Source of the DNA: an uncultured delta proteobacterium
Lineage (GTDB): Bacteria; Desulfobacterota; BSN033; UBA1163
Length of the DNA stretch: 64,000 bases
NCBI GenBank assembly: GCA_963827685.1
Contig: CAWHBU010000001.1
Coordinates: forward strand, 160,001-224,000
Reading direction: 5' to 3'
Shown: positions 19,958 to 33,607 of the stretch, one piece after another
Layout: each line of letters starts with the position of its first letter
Position numbering within the stretch: the stretch's first letter is position 1
Notes under the pieces: generated by a model
The model's database searches: none
What the model was told of the DNA's origin: nothing
Seen by the model: the letters and a program-made list of their open reading frames with translations, nothing else
Program-made: the position numbers and the translations under genes

Positions 19958-20230
19958 TTAAACCCTCCCAATGAACCCTGTTGTTAAACAACTGGCCAAA
20001 TGACCCCTTTTTGATTAGCACAAATAATAAATACTTCTTAGAGATGGACTAAAACACCCATTCTCTTCAAAAAAACATTTTTATATAACAGGATGAACTA
20101 ATGCTGAATGCCTGTTAAAAAAATGACAGACAGAAAGAAAGGAGCATAGGATGAACCTTGGGGCGCATAGAAAGAGATTGGCCCAACGGTAATGGATCGG
20201 GATGAGTCATGATGAATCGGGAAGTCTGAA

Positions 20231-20446
20231 TCATTCCTTCTGTTTTTCTTTTTTCCCATATTTTTTCTGAAACCGTTCAATTCTCCCAGCGGTATCTAAA
20301 AACTTTTGTTTGCCAGTGAAGAAAGGATGACAGTTGGAGCAGATCTCTACATGGATTTCCTTTTCCGTACTCTTCGTCTCAAAGGTAGCTCCACAGGCAC
20401 ATTTAATCACCGAATCAAAAATCTTTGGATGAATATCTTTTTTCAT
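20231..20446 (-). CDS. rpmE: 50S ribosomal protein L31 (Zn-binding type)
   Basis: [24 protein letters not shown]. Confidence 0.98.
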   Translation of the reverse strand: MKKDIHPKIFDSVIKCACGATFETKSTEKEIHVEICSNCHPFFTGKQKFLDTAGRIERFQKKYGKKEKQKE

Positions 20447-20543
20447 CTAAATGGCCTCCGAAACATAATATTACTGAATTTTCACAAATTTTCAACCATT
20501 TTTAGAAACATAAACCCCTTCCTCATCACTACCGCCAACACCT

Positions 20544-21797
20544 CTATTGATTCATGGAGTCGAGGAATTCTCGATTGTTCTTGGTGGCTTGCATCTTCTC
20601 CAAAAGAAATTCCATGCTCTCTACCGTATTCATCGGCTGAAGCACTTTCCTTAGGAGCCAGATGCGGTTGAGATCGTTACGCTCGAGGAGTAACTCCTCT
20701 TTTCGAGTGCCGGAGCGCTGAATATCGATAGACGGAAAGACTCTCCGATCCACCAACCGTCTGTCCAAATTGATTTCCATGTTTCCTGTTCCTTTGAATT
20801 CTTCGAAGATCACCTCATCCATACGGCTTCCTGTGTCGACCAGGGCTGTCCCGATAATGGTCAGGCTTCCGCCCTCTTCAATATTTCTGGCGGCGCCAAA
20901 AAAACGCTTCGGCCGTTGAAGGGCATTGGCGTCTATTCCTCCGGAGAGAACCTTTCCGCTGGGTGGCACGACCGTATTGTAGGCCCTGGCAAGCCGGGTG
21001 ATGCTATCGAGAAGGATCACCACATCCTTTTGATGTTCCACCAACCGCTTTGCCTTCTCGATCACCATCTCCGCTACTTGAACATGACGCGAAGCAGGCT
21101 CGTCAAAAGTGGAACTGATGACCTCTGCATCGACAGACCGCTCCATATCGGTCACTTCCTCGGGGCGTTCATCGATGAGGAGGACGATTAAGGTGATCTC
21201 TTTATGGTTGGAGGTAATGCTGTGGGCGATGGCCTGGAGAAGCATTGTTTTTCCAGTTCTCGGTGCAGCGACGATCAGCCCTCGCTGTCCCTTTCCAATG
21301 GGCGTGAGAAGGTTCATCACCCGGGCAGAGTAATTTTTTGAATCGTTCCCCACCTCTAATTGGATTTTCTCCTGAGGATAAAGGGGGGTCAAGTTGTCGA
21401 AGAGGATTTTATCCCTGGCCACCTCCGGGTCTTCATAGTTGACCAATTCGACTTTCAACATGGCGAAGTACCGCTCGGTATCCTTGGGGGGTCGAATCTG
21501 ACCTGAGACCGTGTCACCGGTTCGAAGGTTGAATCGCCGGATCTGGGACGGGGAGATATAAATGTCATCCGGCCCGGGCAGATAATTGTAATCGGGGGCT
21601 CTCAGAAAACCAAACCCATCGGGCAGGATTTCCAACACCCCTTCCCCAAAGATCAGGCCATTCTTCTCCGTCTGGGCTTGAAGAATAGCAAAGATCAATT
21701 CCTGCTTCCTCATTCCGCTCGCCCCTTCGACATTGAGCTCCTTGGCGATCTTGTATAGCTCGTTAATCTTAAGCTTTTTCAAATCTTTGATGTTCAT
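20544..21797 (-). CDS. rho: Transcription termination factor Rho
   Basis: [37 protein letters not shown]. Confidence 0.99.
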   Translation of the reverse strand: MNIKDLKKLKINELYKIAKELNVEGASGMRKQELIFAILQAQTEKNGLIFGEGVLEILPDGFGFLRAPDYNYLPGPDDIYISPSQIRRFNLRTGDTVSGQIRPPKDTERYFAMLKVELVNYEDPEVARDKILFDNLTPLYPQEKIQLEVGNDSKNYSARVMNLLTPIGKGQRGLIVAAPRTGKTMLLQAIAHSITSNHKEITLIVLLIDERPEEVTDMERSVDAEVISSTFDEPASRHVQVAEMVIEKAKRLVEHQKDVVILLDSITRLARAYNTVVPPSGKVLSGGIDANALQRPKRFFGAARNIEEGGSLTIIGTALVDTGSRMDEVIFEEFKGTGNMEINLDRRLVDRRVFPSIDIQRSGTRKEELLLERNDLNRIWLLRKVLQPMNTVESMEFLLEKMQATKNNREFLDSMNQ

Positions 21798-21838
21798 AGT
21801 TTTCCCTTTATCCTCCTGATATTCTGTCAGTTACCACA

Positions 21839-22486
21839 CTACGTCCGCCTGCGGCAGGAACGCGTCGTGGCCTTTCTTTTCTGAACCACAACCTTTTTTA
21901 ATTCTTTAAAAACTTTTCTGGCCCTTTTCTTGGTCTCCTCAAAAGATCCCTCATTTCGAATGACGAAGTCTGCAATTTTTGCCTTCTCCTCGACGGGCAT
22001 CTGAGAGGAAAAAATTCCCAAAGCCTCCTCGGGGCTTCTCCCATCCCGTTCTTTCAGCCTTTCAATTTGCTGTGCCTGGGTTGAAGTGACTACAATCAGT
22101 TTATCCACTCTACGGTGCGCTCCAAGCTCAACAAGGAGCGGCGCATCGATCACCACGATGGCTTCGGGATCTCTTTGCCCGATCTCTCTTGCCCTTCGAT
22201 CCATCTCCTGTTTGATCTCAGGATGAAGAATCTGGTTCAGAAGTTTCCTCTGCTTCAGATCTGCAAAGACCTTCTCAGCCAATTTCTTTCGATGAATGGT
22301 CCCATCCTCTTGAAGGATTTCCTTGCCGAATGCCCTGACTAACTCATTCCAGGCGGGTTTGTGGGGTTGAACCAGCTCCCTGGCAATCTGGTCTGCATCG
22401 ATGATATAAGCGCCCTCTTCCTCTAAGACTCGGGAGACAGCCGTCTTTCCGCTCGCCACCCCCCCCGTCAATCCGACGATGAGCAT
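21839..22486 (-). CDS. coaE: Dephospho-CoA kinase
   Basis: VGLTGGVASGKT, IDADQIAR, LNQILHP, DAPLLVE. Confidence 0.97.
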   Translation of the reverse strand: MLIVGLTGGVASGKTAVSRVLEEEGAYIIDADQIARELVQPHKPAWNELVRAFGKEILQEDGTIHRKKLAEKVFADLKQRKLLNQILHPEIKQEMDRRAREIGQRDPEAIVVIDAPLLVELGAHRRVDKLIVVTSTQAQQIERLKERDGRSPEEALGIFSSQMPVEEKAKIADFVIRNEGSFEETKKRARKVFKELKKVVVQKRKATTRSCRRRT

Positions 22487-22501
22487 TCTTGTTGGAGTCT
22501 C

Positions 22502-24904
<2,403 letters not shown>

Positions 24905-24929
24905 TCAAAGATTCATTCCTACGACGTAT

Positions 24930-26066
24930 TTAAAGCCTCATGGGCATGACGATGCAAAACTGATTGGAGAGCCCCGGGGAGGAAGAGGAAGGTCTGAGAA
25001 TCCCGGGACTTCCTTCATCTTTCAACTCCATGAGAACTTCTTCCGTATCGATCACATTGAACGCCTCGATTAAATATCTGGCGTTAAATCCCACTTGAAA
25101 AGGAGGCCCATCGTAAACCATCTCGACCTCTTCTTTGGCATCTCCAAAGTCCTGATGGGTGGAGGACATCTCCACAGAATTTGTTTTAAGGGAAAACTTT
25201 ACTCCCTCCATCCTCTCGCTGGCCATGGTTGAAACACGCTTTAGACCGCTGACCACCCGCTCTTTAGCCATCACTAGTTTTTTATCATTCCCCTTTGGAA
25301 TCACTTGTTCGTATTCTGGAAATTCACCGTCGATCAGTCGGATCACGGTGAGAGATTTTCCGAGTTTAAAAAATCCATGGGTGGCATCGAAATAGATTCC
25401 CATCTCCTCTTCCCCGTCTCTGTCTCCGATGACTTTTTTAACCTCCAACACTCCTTTTTTGGGAATGATCATCCCTTTTTCCTCAATACCACGAATTTTT
25501 TGATTCTCCCGATCAACCAGAGAAAGGCGATGTCCGTCCGTAGCGACCATTCTTAGCGTCTCCTTCCCCCCTTGTTTAATCTGTGTAAAAAGAATTCCAT
25601 TAAGGTGATACCGAGATTCTTCATTGGAGGCAGCAAAAACCGTTTTTTCGATCATCGCTCGAATGAGTCGGATCTGAATTGTCGAAAAATTTTCTTCTTG
25701 GTAGGTGGGAAGAGAAGGAAATTCTTCTGGATCTAACCCGGCAAGATTAAAAACGGATTTTCCGCATTGAAGAGTAATCCATTGATTATCTTTCTTTTCT
25801 ATACGGATGCTCTCTTCTGGCAATTCCCTTACAATTTCATATAATTTTTTTGCAGAAACAGAGGCCTTTCCTTTTTGATGAATTTTTGCCATTAATTCCT
25901 CGCGGATTCCTGTTTCTAAATCTGTTCCGGTAAGATAGAGAGAGTTTTCCTCCCACTCTAATAACATGTGGGATAGAATGGGAAGGGTTGTTTTTCTTCC
26001 TGCTACACTCTGCATTAAACCTAATCCTCTTAGGAACTCCCTTTTGTCAATTTCAAAATTCATCAT
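24930..26066 (-). CDS. dnaN: DNA polymerase III beta clamp
   Basis: GTDLE, VATDGHRL, LIDGEFPEY, GFNARYL, VMPMRL. Confidence 0.98.
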   Translation of the reverse strand: MMNFEIDKREFLRGLGLMQSVAGRKTTLPILSHMLLEWEENSLYLTGTDLETGIREELMAKIHQKGKASVSAKKLYEIVRELPEESIRIEKKDNQWITLQCGKSVFNLAGLDPEEFPSLPTYQEENFSTIQIRLIRAMIEKTVFAASNEESRYHLNGILFTQIKQGGKETLRMVATDGHRLSLVDRENQKIRGIEEKGMIIPKKGVLEVKKVIGDRDGEEEMGIYFDATHGFFKLGKSLTVIRLIDGEFPEYEQVIPKGNDKKLVMAKERVVSGLKRVSTMASERMEGVKFSLKTNSVEMSSTHQDFGDAKEEVEMVYDGPPFQVGFNARYLIEAFNVIDTEEVLMELKDEGSPGILRPSSSSPGLSNQFCIVMPMRL

Positions 26067-26267
26067 GTTTGCCTCCTAATATTATTCTTTATATCTTGTT
26101 ATTACGTCATCACCGTCTATGTCTGTGGAAATGAAGAAAAAAGTCCTAACTTAAAAAAAAGAAATAGTATTTACATGTTGAATATTCGCTCAAGGGGTTT
26201 GGGAAATCTATTTCATTTTAAAAAATGGACTCTCTTTCCTCATTCATTCACAACATTTCCACCTTAT
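26067..26267. promoter_or_regulatory. Probable oriC segment between dnaA and dnaN
   Basis: AT-rich; near-consensus DnaA boxes (TGTGGAAAT near 26124, TCATTCACA near 26244) and trinucleotide-like A-rich repeats next to the dnaN RBS. Confidence 0.6.
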
Positions 26268-27605
26268 TTATGATTTAATTCGACCTTGCAAAGTTTCTAT
26301 CATTTCTTTAAAGGATGTCTCTTGGGACATCTTTTCTTCCACTTTTTTGATGGAATGAAGAACGGTCGAATGATCTTTTCCTCCAAATTTATCCCCAATT
26401 TCAAGTAATGAGGCATTGGTTAATTTTCGGGAAAGATACATAGAGATCTGTCGAGGGAGCACATACCCTTTATTTTTTCTTTTTACCTTTAAATCAGAAA
26501 TTTTAATATTGAAAAAGTTAGAAACGATTTTTTGAACCAGGTCGATGGAGACGAACTCCTCTTTCGGTTTAATAATATTCTTCAAAACTTCTTTGGCCAA
26601 GAGGACGTCAATGGGAGTTTTGGTGAGGGAAGCAAAGGCACCGATACGAATGAGAGACCCTTCTAAAACTCTAATATTGGAATCAATTTGAGAAGCAAGA
26701 AAGAAAGCAACGTCATTAGGGAGAGCGATATTTTCGGTTTCGGCTTTCTTTCTCAAGATGGCAACCTTGGTCTCGATGTCTGGTGGTTGAATATCGGCGA
26801 TCAAACCCCATTCAAAACGAGATCGGAGTCGTTCTTCGAAGTTAGGAATATCCTTTGGAAACTTGTCACTGGTGACGACAATTTGCTTCCTCGCTTCATA
26901 GAGGGAGTTGAAGGTATGGAAGAATTCGGCTTGCGTTCTCTCTTTCCCAGCAATGAATTGGATGTCGTCGATTAAGAGGATATCCATCCTTCTAAATTTA
27001 TTTCGAAACTCATCCATTTTCTCGTAGCGGAGCGAGTTGATTAATTCGTTGGTGAACTCTTCCGAAGAGATGTAGCAGATTTTCCTCACGTCGGGAAGGA
27101 TACGATGTTGTACAATATGGTTTCCAATGGCGTGAAGGAGATGCGTCTTTCCCAATCCGACCCCGCCATAAATAAAGAGAGGATTGTAATTCTTAGCCGG
27201 TAAATCAGCCACGGCCAAACAGGCCGCATGAGCGAACTGGTTGCTCGCCCCCACCACAAAATGGTCGAACGTATATTTGGGATTGAAGATCGGTTGGAAA
27301 GAATGAAGGGCCTGCTGTTCATAGCTTGGCAGGGCCTGGGAGATCGCGTCCTTTCCATTGATCTTTTCGTTTCTGATTTGGAATTGGAGTTGACAAGGCA
27401 TATGGGTAAAGAGAGAAATTACATCTTTAAGATGAAGGGAATAGTGTTCGTTGATCCACTCTTTGAAGAATCGGTTCGGGACCTCTAACTCGACCTTTTC
27501 TCCTTCCTTGGAGATGAAGTGGATCGGTTTAATCCAAATGTCGAAATTCTGTTGACCGACTCTTTCCTTTAAAGCATCGATCACCTTAGGCCATAAATCT
27601 TCCAT
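26268..27605 (-). CDS. dnaA: Chromosomal replication initiator DnaA
   Basis: YNPLFIYGGVGLGKTHL, LLIDDIQF, RLRSRFEWGL, GGKDHSTVLH; start likely MEDLW. Confidence 0.99.
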   Translation of the reverse strand: MEDLWPKVIDALKERVGQQNFDIWIKPIHFISKEGEKVELEVPNRFFKEWINEHYSLHLKDVISLFTHMPCQLQFQIRNEKINGKDAISQALPSYEQQALHSFQPIFNPKYTFDHFVVGASNQFAHAACLAVADLPAKNYNPLFIYGGVGLGKTHLLHAIGNHIVQHRILPDVRKICYISSEEFTNELINSLRYEKMDEFRNKFRRMDILLIDDIQFIAGKERTQAEFFHTFNSLYEARKQIVVTSDKFPKDIPNFEERLRSRFEWGLIADIQPPDIETKVAILRKKAETENIALPNDVAFFLASQIDSNIRVLEGSLIRIGAFASLTKTPIDVLLAKEVLKNIIKPKEEFVSIDLVQKIVSNFFNIKISDLKVKRKNKGYVLPRQISMYLSRKLTNASLLEIGDKFGGKDHSTVLHSIKKVEEKMSQETSFKEMIETLQGRIKS

Positions 27606-27711
27606 GGAGTCGACCTTGACGGATTGGACTGTTGGATGAGGGGTGTCTGATGGAATGGGCAGGACAGGCCCCAAAAAGAAAACATCTTCATTTTCAATTA
27701 GTTATATGTCT

Positions 27712-27742
27712 CTTTGCACAACGTTTCCACAACTGTGGATAA
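27712..27742. promoter_or_regulatory. DnaA box cluster upstream of dnaA
   Basis: CTTTGCACA, GTTTCCACA and a perfect TGTGGATAA (27734-27742). Confidence 0.8.
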
Positions 27743-27853
27743 AAGAAATTAAAGACAAAGAGGGGAAAAATTTTGAGGATTAAAATTCTTGAAAATTTAC
27801 GTAACCAATATTAAATCCGTTATTTAAAAAAATCAAGCTTTTTTTGATGGAAT

Positions 27854-30280
27854 CTATTCTTTCTCTGCCAACCTCGCGACAGCGACCACCCTTTCCCCCT
27901 CCTCGAGAGTGATCAGCCTCACCCCTTGGGTGCTCCTTCCTTGAACAGGGATATCCACGGCTCGCAAACGGATAATTTTCCCCTTGTTGGAGATGACCAT
28001 CAATTCATCCTCATCCACGACGGTCTTAATACCTATCACATCTCCAGTTTTTTGGGTTCTCTTCACTGTAAAAATCCCGGAGCCTCCCCTATTCTGAATC
28101 CGATATTCAGAGGCCTGGGTCCGTTTTCCATAGCCATGCGCTGTGACCGTCAAAATCTGAGTGTGAGGAGCGACCGCTTCCATCCCCACCACTTCGTCTG
28201 CTTTTGAAATCTTAATCCCTCTGATCCCACGAGCCGTGCGGCCCATATCTCTGATCTGGGTTTCAGGGAAATGAATGGCCTTCCCCACTTTGGTGCCGAT
28301 AAAAAGATGCAGTTTTCCATCGGTCAGTTTGGTAGAGATCAGCTCATCCCCCTCATCGAGGTGAATGGCGATGATGCCACCTGACCGGGGATTACTGTAG
28401 GCTTCAAGCGTTGTCTTCTTAATCGTCCCTCTTTTGGTCATAAAGGTAATGAACTTGTCTTTTGCAAAGTCTTTGAGGGAGAGAATGGCGGTCACTTTCT
28501 CCTGGGGGTTGAGATTGAGAAGATTGATAATGGCCTTCCCCCGTGTGATGCGACCAGCTTGTGGAAGTTCGTGAACCTTCATCCAGTGGATCTTGCCGGC
28601 ATCCGTGAAGAATAAGATGTAATCATGGGTTGAGGCGATGAAGAGGTCCTCTACAAAATCTTCCTCTTTGACATTAATCCCCACCTTTCCTTTCCCTCCG
28701 CGATGCTGACTACGGTAGAGGCTGATGGGATTCCTCTTGATATATCCCGTATGGGTGATCGTTACCACCATATCCTCTTCGGCGATGAGGTCTTCGACCC
28801 GGATTTCTGGGGCGGCCTCCACAATTTCCGTTTTTCTTTCGTCTCCAAAGGCATCTCGGATGGAGAGGAGTTCTTCCTTAATTAAATTGAGAATCAATCG
28901 ATCACTCGCCAAGAGGGCCTTCAACCGATTGATCAACTTGATAGTCTGCTCATACTCTTCCACAATCTTGCGTTGCTCAAGGTTGGTGAGCCGTTGGAGC
29001 CTCATCTCCAAGATCGCCTGGGCCTGCTCATCGGAAAAGGCGAATTTTTCCATCAAGCGGTCTTTCGCCTCCTTCGGGGTTTTGGAGGCCTTAATCGCAG
29101 CGATGATGGCATCGATATGGTCAATCGCCTTTTTCAAGCCTTCCAGGATATGGGCTCTGGCCTCTGCCTTGTTAAGCTCAAAGCGGGATCTCCGGATGAC
29201 TACCTCTTGGCGATATTGAACAAAGAAATGGAGCATCTCTTTGAGGGAGAGGAGCTTTGGCTGATTCTGGTGGATGGCCAGGAGAATGATCCCGAAGGAG
29301 GTTTGCATCTGGGTGTGTTTATAGAGCTGATTGAGGGTGACCTCAGCCACCTCATTCCGTTTCAGCTCGACGACTACCCTCATCCCTTCCCTATCCGATT
29401 CGTCACGGATATTGGAAATCCCTTCAATCGCTTTCTCCTGGACCAATTCAGCGATTCTTTCGATGAGCTTGGCCTTATTGGTTTGATAGGGAAGCTCGGT
29501 GATGACAATATTTTCACGTTCTCCTTTTCGATCCCTCTCGATGAGCGCTCTGGCTCGAAGTTGGATCACACCCTTTCCAGTTTCATAAGCCTGGCGGATT
29601 CCCTCTCTGCCGTTAATGAAACCTCCCGTTGGAAAGTCAGGTCCGGGGAGGTGATCCATCAATTCCACCACGGAGATCTCAGGGGTTTCGATCAAGGCAA
29701 TGATGGCATTAATGGTTTCGGTGAGGTTATGAGGAGGAATATTGGTTGCCATTCCCACAGCAATTCCGGAAGAACCATTGACGATAAGGTTCGGGAGTTT
29801 AGAAGGGAGCACCGAGGGTTCAACTAAAGATTCATCGTAATTCGGAACGAAGTCGATAGTTTCCTTATCAATATCAGCCAGTAATTCGGCCGTGACCTTG
29901 GACATCCGGATCTCTGTATATCTCATGGCCGCTGGTGGATCGCCATCTATGGAGCCAAAGTTCCCTTGGCCATCGATCAGCGGATAACGGAGAGAGAAAT
30001 CCTGTGCCATTCTGACAATGGCATCGTAAACAGCCATGTCGCCGTGGGGATGATACTTGCCGATCACATCGCCAACAATTCTCGCTGACTTTTTATAGGG
30101 TTTATCCCAATCGTTATTTAACTCATTCATCGCATAAAGAATGCGGCGATGAACGGGCTTCAGACCGTCCCTTACATCGGGCAGGGCTCGACCGATGATG
30201 ACGCTCATCGCGTAGTCCATGTAGGACTTTTTCATCTCATCTTCGATATTGACGGGAATGTGCTCGAGAGCAATATTCAT
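27854..30280 (-). CDS. gyrA: DNA gyrase subunit A
   Basis: [29 protein letters not shown], GyrA-box QHRGGKG. Confidence 0.99.
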   Translation of the reverse strand: MNIALEHIPVNIEDEMKKSYMDYAMSVIIGRALPDVRDGLKPVHRRILYAMNELNNDWDKPYKKSARIVGDVIGKYHPHGDMAVYDAIVRMAQDFSLRYPLIDGQGNFGSIDGDPPAAMRYTEIRMSKVTAELLADIDKETIDFVPNYDESLVEPSVLPSKLPNLIVNGSSGIAVGMATNIPPHNLTETINAIIALIETPEISVVELMDHLPGPDFPTGGFINGREGIRQAYETGKGVIQLRARALIERDRKGERENIVITELPYQTNKAKLIERIAELVQEKAIEGISNIRDESDREGMRVVVELKRNEVAEVTLNQLYKHTQMQTSFGIILLAIHQNQPKLLSLKEMLHFFVQYRQEVVIRRSRFELNKAEARAHILEGLKKAIDHIDAIIAAIKASKTPKEAKDRLMEKFAFSDEQAQAILEMRLQRLTNLEQRKIVEEYEQTIKLINRLKALLASDRLILNLIKEELLSIRDAFGDERKTEIVEAAPEIRVEDLIAEEDMVVTITHTGYIKRNPISLYRSQHRGGKGKVGINVKEEDFVEDLFIASTHDYILFFTDAGKIHWMKVHELPQAGRITRGKAIINLLNLNPQEKVTAILSLKDFAKDKFITFMTKRGTIKKTTLEAYSNPRSGGIIAIHLDEGDELISTKLTDGKLHLFIGTKVGKAIHFPETQIRDMGRTARGIRGIKISKADEVVGMEAVAPHTQILTVTAHGYGKRTQASEYRIQNRGGSGIFTVKRTQKTGDVIGIKTVVDEDELMVISNKGKIIRLRAVDIPVQGRSTQGVRLITLEEGERVVAVARLAEKE

Positions 30281-30549
30281 GGAAACTCCTGAAGTAATAG
30301 AGGTCTGGAGAGAGCCCTTTAAGTCATTTTTACACTTAAATTAAGAGACAAAATGATTGGTGATTTGTCGTCTCCGGGAATGCCTGCGCTTCTGGGCGAA
30401 GGGCTTAAGATTCATTACAAAACTTAATATAAAAACCCCTCTTCTGTCAACAAAATTAGGAGCAAATCTTGACAATAGGTCATAAATATGGTTTAAATAA
30501 AAAGTTTAATTATTTCAAAAAATAAGCCACTCTAACGAAGAGGGATTGA

Positions 30550-30684
30550 ATGAAAAGGACATATCAGCCCAGTAATCTCAGACGGAAGAGGACTCATGGT
30601 TTCTTGGAGAGGATGAGTACTAAGAGCGGTCGAAATGTTTTAAAGCGGAGGCGAATGAAAGGGAGAAAAAGGTTGACCGTTTGA
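30550..30684 (+). CDS. rpmH: 50S ribosomal protein L34
   Basis: Below the ORF cutoff; [44 protein letters not shown]. Confidence 0.98.
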   Translation: MKRTYQPSNLRRKRTHGFLERMSTKSGRNVLKRRRMKGRKRLTV

Positions 30685-30729
30685 ATTCTGAATTCCTGAA
30701 GCCGGTATGGGAGTCCATTTCATAGATGG

Positions 30730-31086
30730 GTGACGACGAGGATCGCCGTGAAAGGATCCCTCAGGTTTACAAAAAAGGAGCGAATCACTCAACCGCAGGA
30801 TTTCAGAAGGGTGTTGAAAGCAGGGAGGAGGAATTCCTCTCGAAGCTTTATCCTTTTTGTCCGCCAGAATGAGAACAGATTTCACCGATTAGGGATTGTG
30901 GTAAAGAAAGAAATTGGCCCGGCGGCTTTACGGAATCGAATGAAACGCTACATCCGAGAATTTTTTCGCCTCCATAAGCATCAGATCAAAGGTTCTTACG
31001 ATATTATTTTGATGATCAAAAAGGGATGTTCATTCAATCGATATCAGGAAGCGGAGGAAGAACTAAGGGGGCTCTTCATTTTATGA
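30730..31086 (+). CDS. rnpA: Ribonuclease P protein component
   Basis: FTKKERI, RLGIVV, RNRMKR (RNR motif); synteny. Confidence 0.95.
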   Translation: MTTRIAVKGSLRFTKKERITQPQDFRRVLKAGRRNSSRSFILFVRQNENRFHRLGIVVKKEIGPAALRNRMKRYIREFFRLHKHQIKGSYDIILMIKKGCSFNRYQEAEEELRGLFIL

Positions 31087-31337
31087 AAAAGAGAACGACC
31101 GACGAGTTGATTAAAGAAGGACTTATCATTCTGATTCATGTCTATCAGCATCCGTTTTCAACCCTCCTTGGGCCTTGCTGTCGTTTCACTCCTTCCTGTT
31201 CCTCTTATGCTTTGCTATCGATTCAACGCTTCGGAATCATCGGGGGGGCCTGGCTCATTTTCAAGAGACTGATCAAGTGCCATCCTTTCCACCCAGGCGG
31301 ATACGATCCAGTTCCCGAAATAATCGAAAAATATTAG
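31083..31337 (+). CDS. yidD: Membrane protein insertion efficiency factor
   Basis: [24 protein letters not shown]. Confidence 0.95.
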   Translation: MKKRTTDELIKEGLIILIHVYQHPFSTLLGPCCRFTPSCSSYALLSIQRFGIIGGAWLIFKRLIKCHPFHPGGYDPVPEIIEKY

Positions 31338-31362
31338 GAAGGAGATTTAGGGCAAGGAAGAT

Positions 31363-33108
31363 ATGGAAAAAAGAGCTATCTACGCAATATTATTGACATT
31401 TTTTATTATTATATTCTGGACTTTCATCCAGTCCAAGTTCTTTCCCCAGGCACCCAGTAAACCGCAACCTCAGGAAGTAAAAAGAGAACAAGAAACTCTG
31501 ACAGAAAAGGCAGCGGATAAAAAGGCAGAGATAAAAGAATCAAAACCCTTAAGAGTGGGGAAATCCCGTGAAAAGCAGAAGGTAGTTCCGAAAAAGGAGG
31601 TCTCTATTGAGACCCAGAATTATTGGGCTGTCTTCACGTCCGAGGACGCGAGGTTAAAGCATTTCAAACTTAAGAAATATGAAGACAGGGTGAAACAGAC
31701 TAAGCTCACAATAGAGTTGACACAGCTCATTGAGGAGATTCTCGGTAAGAAAGTGGAAAATCCGAAAAAACCAGAACCTCTCGATCTCGTCAATACAAGG
31801 GAGGCAAAGGATCTTCCATTGGGGCTGACGTTAAACGGCTCTAATCTACCCCTTGATGAGAATTGGGAAGTGGATAAAGATCAACTCCGTTTGCTCGAGA
31901 GCGGTCAAGAGGGTGAAATCATTTTCTCAAAGAGCACGGATGACGGGTTGAAGGTTTTGAAGCGCTTCAAATTCAACGCTGATCTATACACCATCAATCT
32001 GGAGGTGGAGCTTCAAAATAGTTCTTTAAAAGAGATCAAGAATCAATTGGGACTTGGATGGATCGGAGAGATTGAGCTGGCAAAACTGGCGAAAGAGGAA
32101 AACAAGGATTACGGTTTGAAATACTCCTTTCTCAGGAATGAAAAAGTGGAGAGGAAAGGGTTTGGAGGAGCAGGGACATCAGGCTGTGTCCCAGGTTGTG
32201 GAACTCGTAAAACGACCATCGAACCTTTCGAAACCACAGAAAGGGGTGATATTAAATGGTTTTCTTTCGGGGGTGAATACTTCGGCGCCCTCTTAATCCC
32301 TCCCCCATCGAAAGAGATCTCCTTGTCAGTAAAGGGGTCTGAAAAGGAACTGCTGAAGGCAGAAGTTATCCCACCGCCTATTTCTATTCCTCCCCAAGGA
32401 AAGGTTAATGTTACCTACCGGATCTACTTGGGCCCCAAGGATGAAGACCGGTTGAAAGCATTGGGTGTTGGTGCGGAGAAGCTGGTAGATTTTGGTTTCT
32501 TTACGATCGTTGCCAAACCGCTTCTCTGGTTTTTGAGACTCACCCATATCGTCACTAAAAATTATGGGATCGATATCATCATCCTCAGCATCTTGATCAA
32601 GATTATCTTCCTTCCCTTAACACAGATCAGCATGAAATCTATGAAGGAAATGCAGAAGGTGCAGCCGGAGATGAATCGACTCAAGGAGCAGTACAAGAAT
32701 GATAAGGCGAAGCTTCAGCAGGAGATTATGCTCCTTTACAAAAGGAGAAAGATCAACCCCATGAGCGGTTGTCTTCCAATGCTCATCCAGATTCCTGTAT
32801 TTATTGCGCTTTATAATGCCCTTCAGAATGGGATTGAGATGAGACATGCCCCATTTTTCCTTTGGATTATGGATCTCTCCGCAAAAGATCCCATTTATAT
32901 CACTCCGCTCATCATGGGGGTAACCATGTTCATGCAGCAAAAGATGACCCCTACAGCAGGCGATCCGGCGCAGGCCAAGATGTTCCTGCTGATGCCAGTC
33001 ATGTTCACTTTTCTCTTCCTCAATTTCCCATCTGGTCTGGTTTTGTATTGGTTGGTTAATAATGTTTTATCCATAGCTCATCAATATTATTTGAATAAAG
33101 GGACATGA
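31363..33108 (+). CDS. yidC: Membrane protein insertase
   Basis: VDFGFF, NYGIDII, NPMSGCLPMLIQIPVF, GLVLYW. Confidence 0.98.
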   Translation: MEKRAIYAILLTFFIIIFWTFIQSKFFPQAPSKPQPQEVKREQETLTEKAADKKAEIKESKPLRVGKSREKQKVVPKKEVSIETQNYWAVFTSEDARLKHFKLKKYEDRVKQTKLTIELTQLIEEILGKKVENPKKPEPLDLVNTREAKDLPLGLTLNGSNLPLDENWEVDKDQLRLLESGQEGEIIFSKSTDDGLKVLKRFKFNADLYTINLEVELQNSSLKEIKNQLGLGWIGEIELAKLAKEENKDYGLKYSFLRNEKVERKGFGGAGTSGCVPGCGTRKTTIEPFETTERGDIKWFSFGGEYFGALLIPPPSKEISLSVKGSEKELLKAEVIPPPISIPPQGKVNVTYRIYLGPKDEDRLKALGVGAEKLVDFGFFTIVAKPLLWFLRLTHIVTKNYGIDIIILSILIKIIFLPLTQISMKSMKEMQKVQPEMNRLKEQYKNDKAKLQQEIMLLYKRRKINPMSGCLPMLIQIPVFIALYNALQNGIEMRHAPFFLWIMDLSAKDPIYITPLIMGVTMFMQQKMTPTAGDPAQAKMFLLMPVMFTFLFLNFPSGLVLYWLVNNVLSIAHQYYLNKGT

Positions 33109-33118
33109 GGTTTGATGC

Positions 33119-33607
33119 TTGGAAGAAATTGAGATTGTCAAACAGCTGACAATGGGATTGCTGGAGCGCATGGGCGTCAGGACAGAAGTAGAAGGGTTCT
33201 TAAAAGAGGGGAATCTCTATCTCGAGATCAAGGGAGATCAGGAGGGGATTCTCATCGGGAAGCATGGCCGCACCCTGGAGTCACTCCAGATGCTCATCAA
33301 TCGAATGGTTAATAAAAGGTTGAAAAACGCTTTGAGAGTAATTTTGGATATCGACGACTACCGAAAGAGAAGGGCGGACAGCATGACCCAGATGGCGCTT
33401 AGATTGGGTGATAAGGCAAAGAGGACGGGACATTCCCAAACTGCCGGACCATTCAATGCTTCCGACAGGAGGATCATTCATCTCACTCTCAAAGAGGACC
33501 CATCCCTGAATACGGAGAGCCTTGGGGAAGGGGAGTTAAAAAAAGTTAGGATTATCCCAACAAAGAAAGAGGGATATAAAACAGAAGACCCCTTTAGATT
33601 AAAGTGA
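33119..33607 (+). CDS. jag: Jag/KhpB-like RNA-binding protein (KH plus R3H, no Jag_N domain)
   Basis: LIGKHGRTL (KH GxxG), RRIIH (R3H); lies between yidC and mnmE. Confidence 0.9.
   Translation: MEEIEIVKQLTMGLLERMGVRTEVEGFLKEGNLYLEIKGDQEGILIGKHGRTLESLQMLINRMVNKRLKNALRVILDIDDYRKRRADSMTQMALRLGDKAKRTGHSQTAGPFNASDRRIIHLTLKEDPSLNTESLGEGELKKVRIIPTKKEGYKTEDPFRLK

Noticed and set aside
19960-20230. Possible ncRNA or IS-end remnant between rpmE and the DUF1385 gene
   Set aside because: Only a short AACAGG..CCTGTT stem; no recognisable family or second copy.
21841-21866. TCCGCCTGCGGCAGGA at the coaE 3' end as another mini-insert
   Set aside because: The termini do not match CCTGCC..GGCAGG and there is no empty-site comparison.
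28973-29827. 284-aa plus-strand ORF, and similar ORFs opposite gyrB, alaS, recA and hisD
   Set aside because: Antisense shadows of conserved genes with no recognisable motifs.
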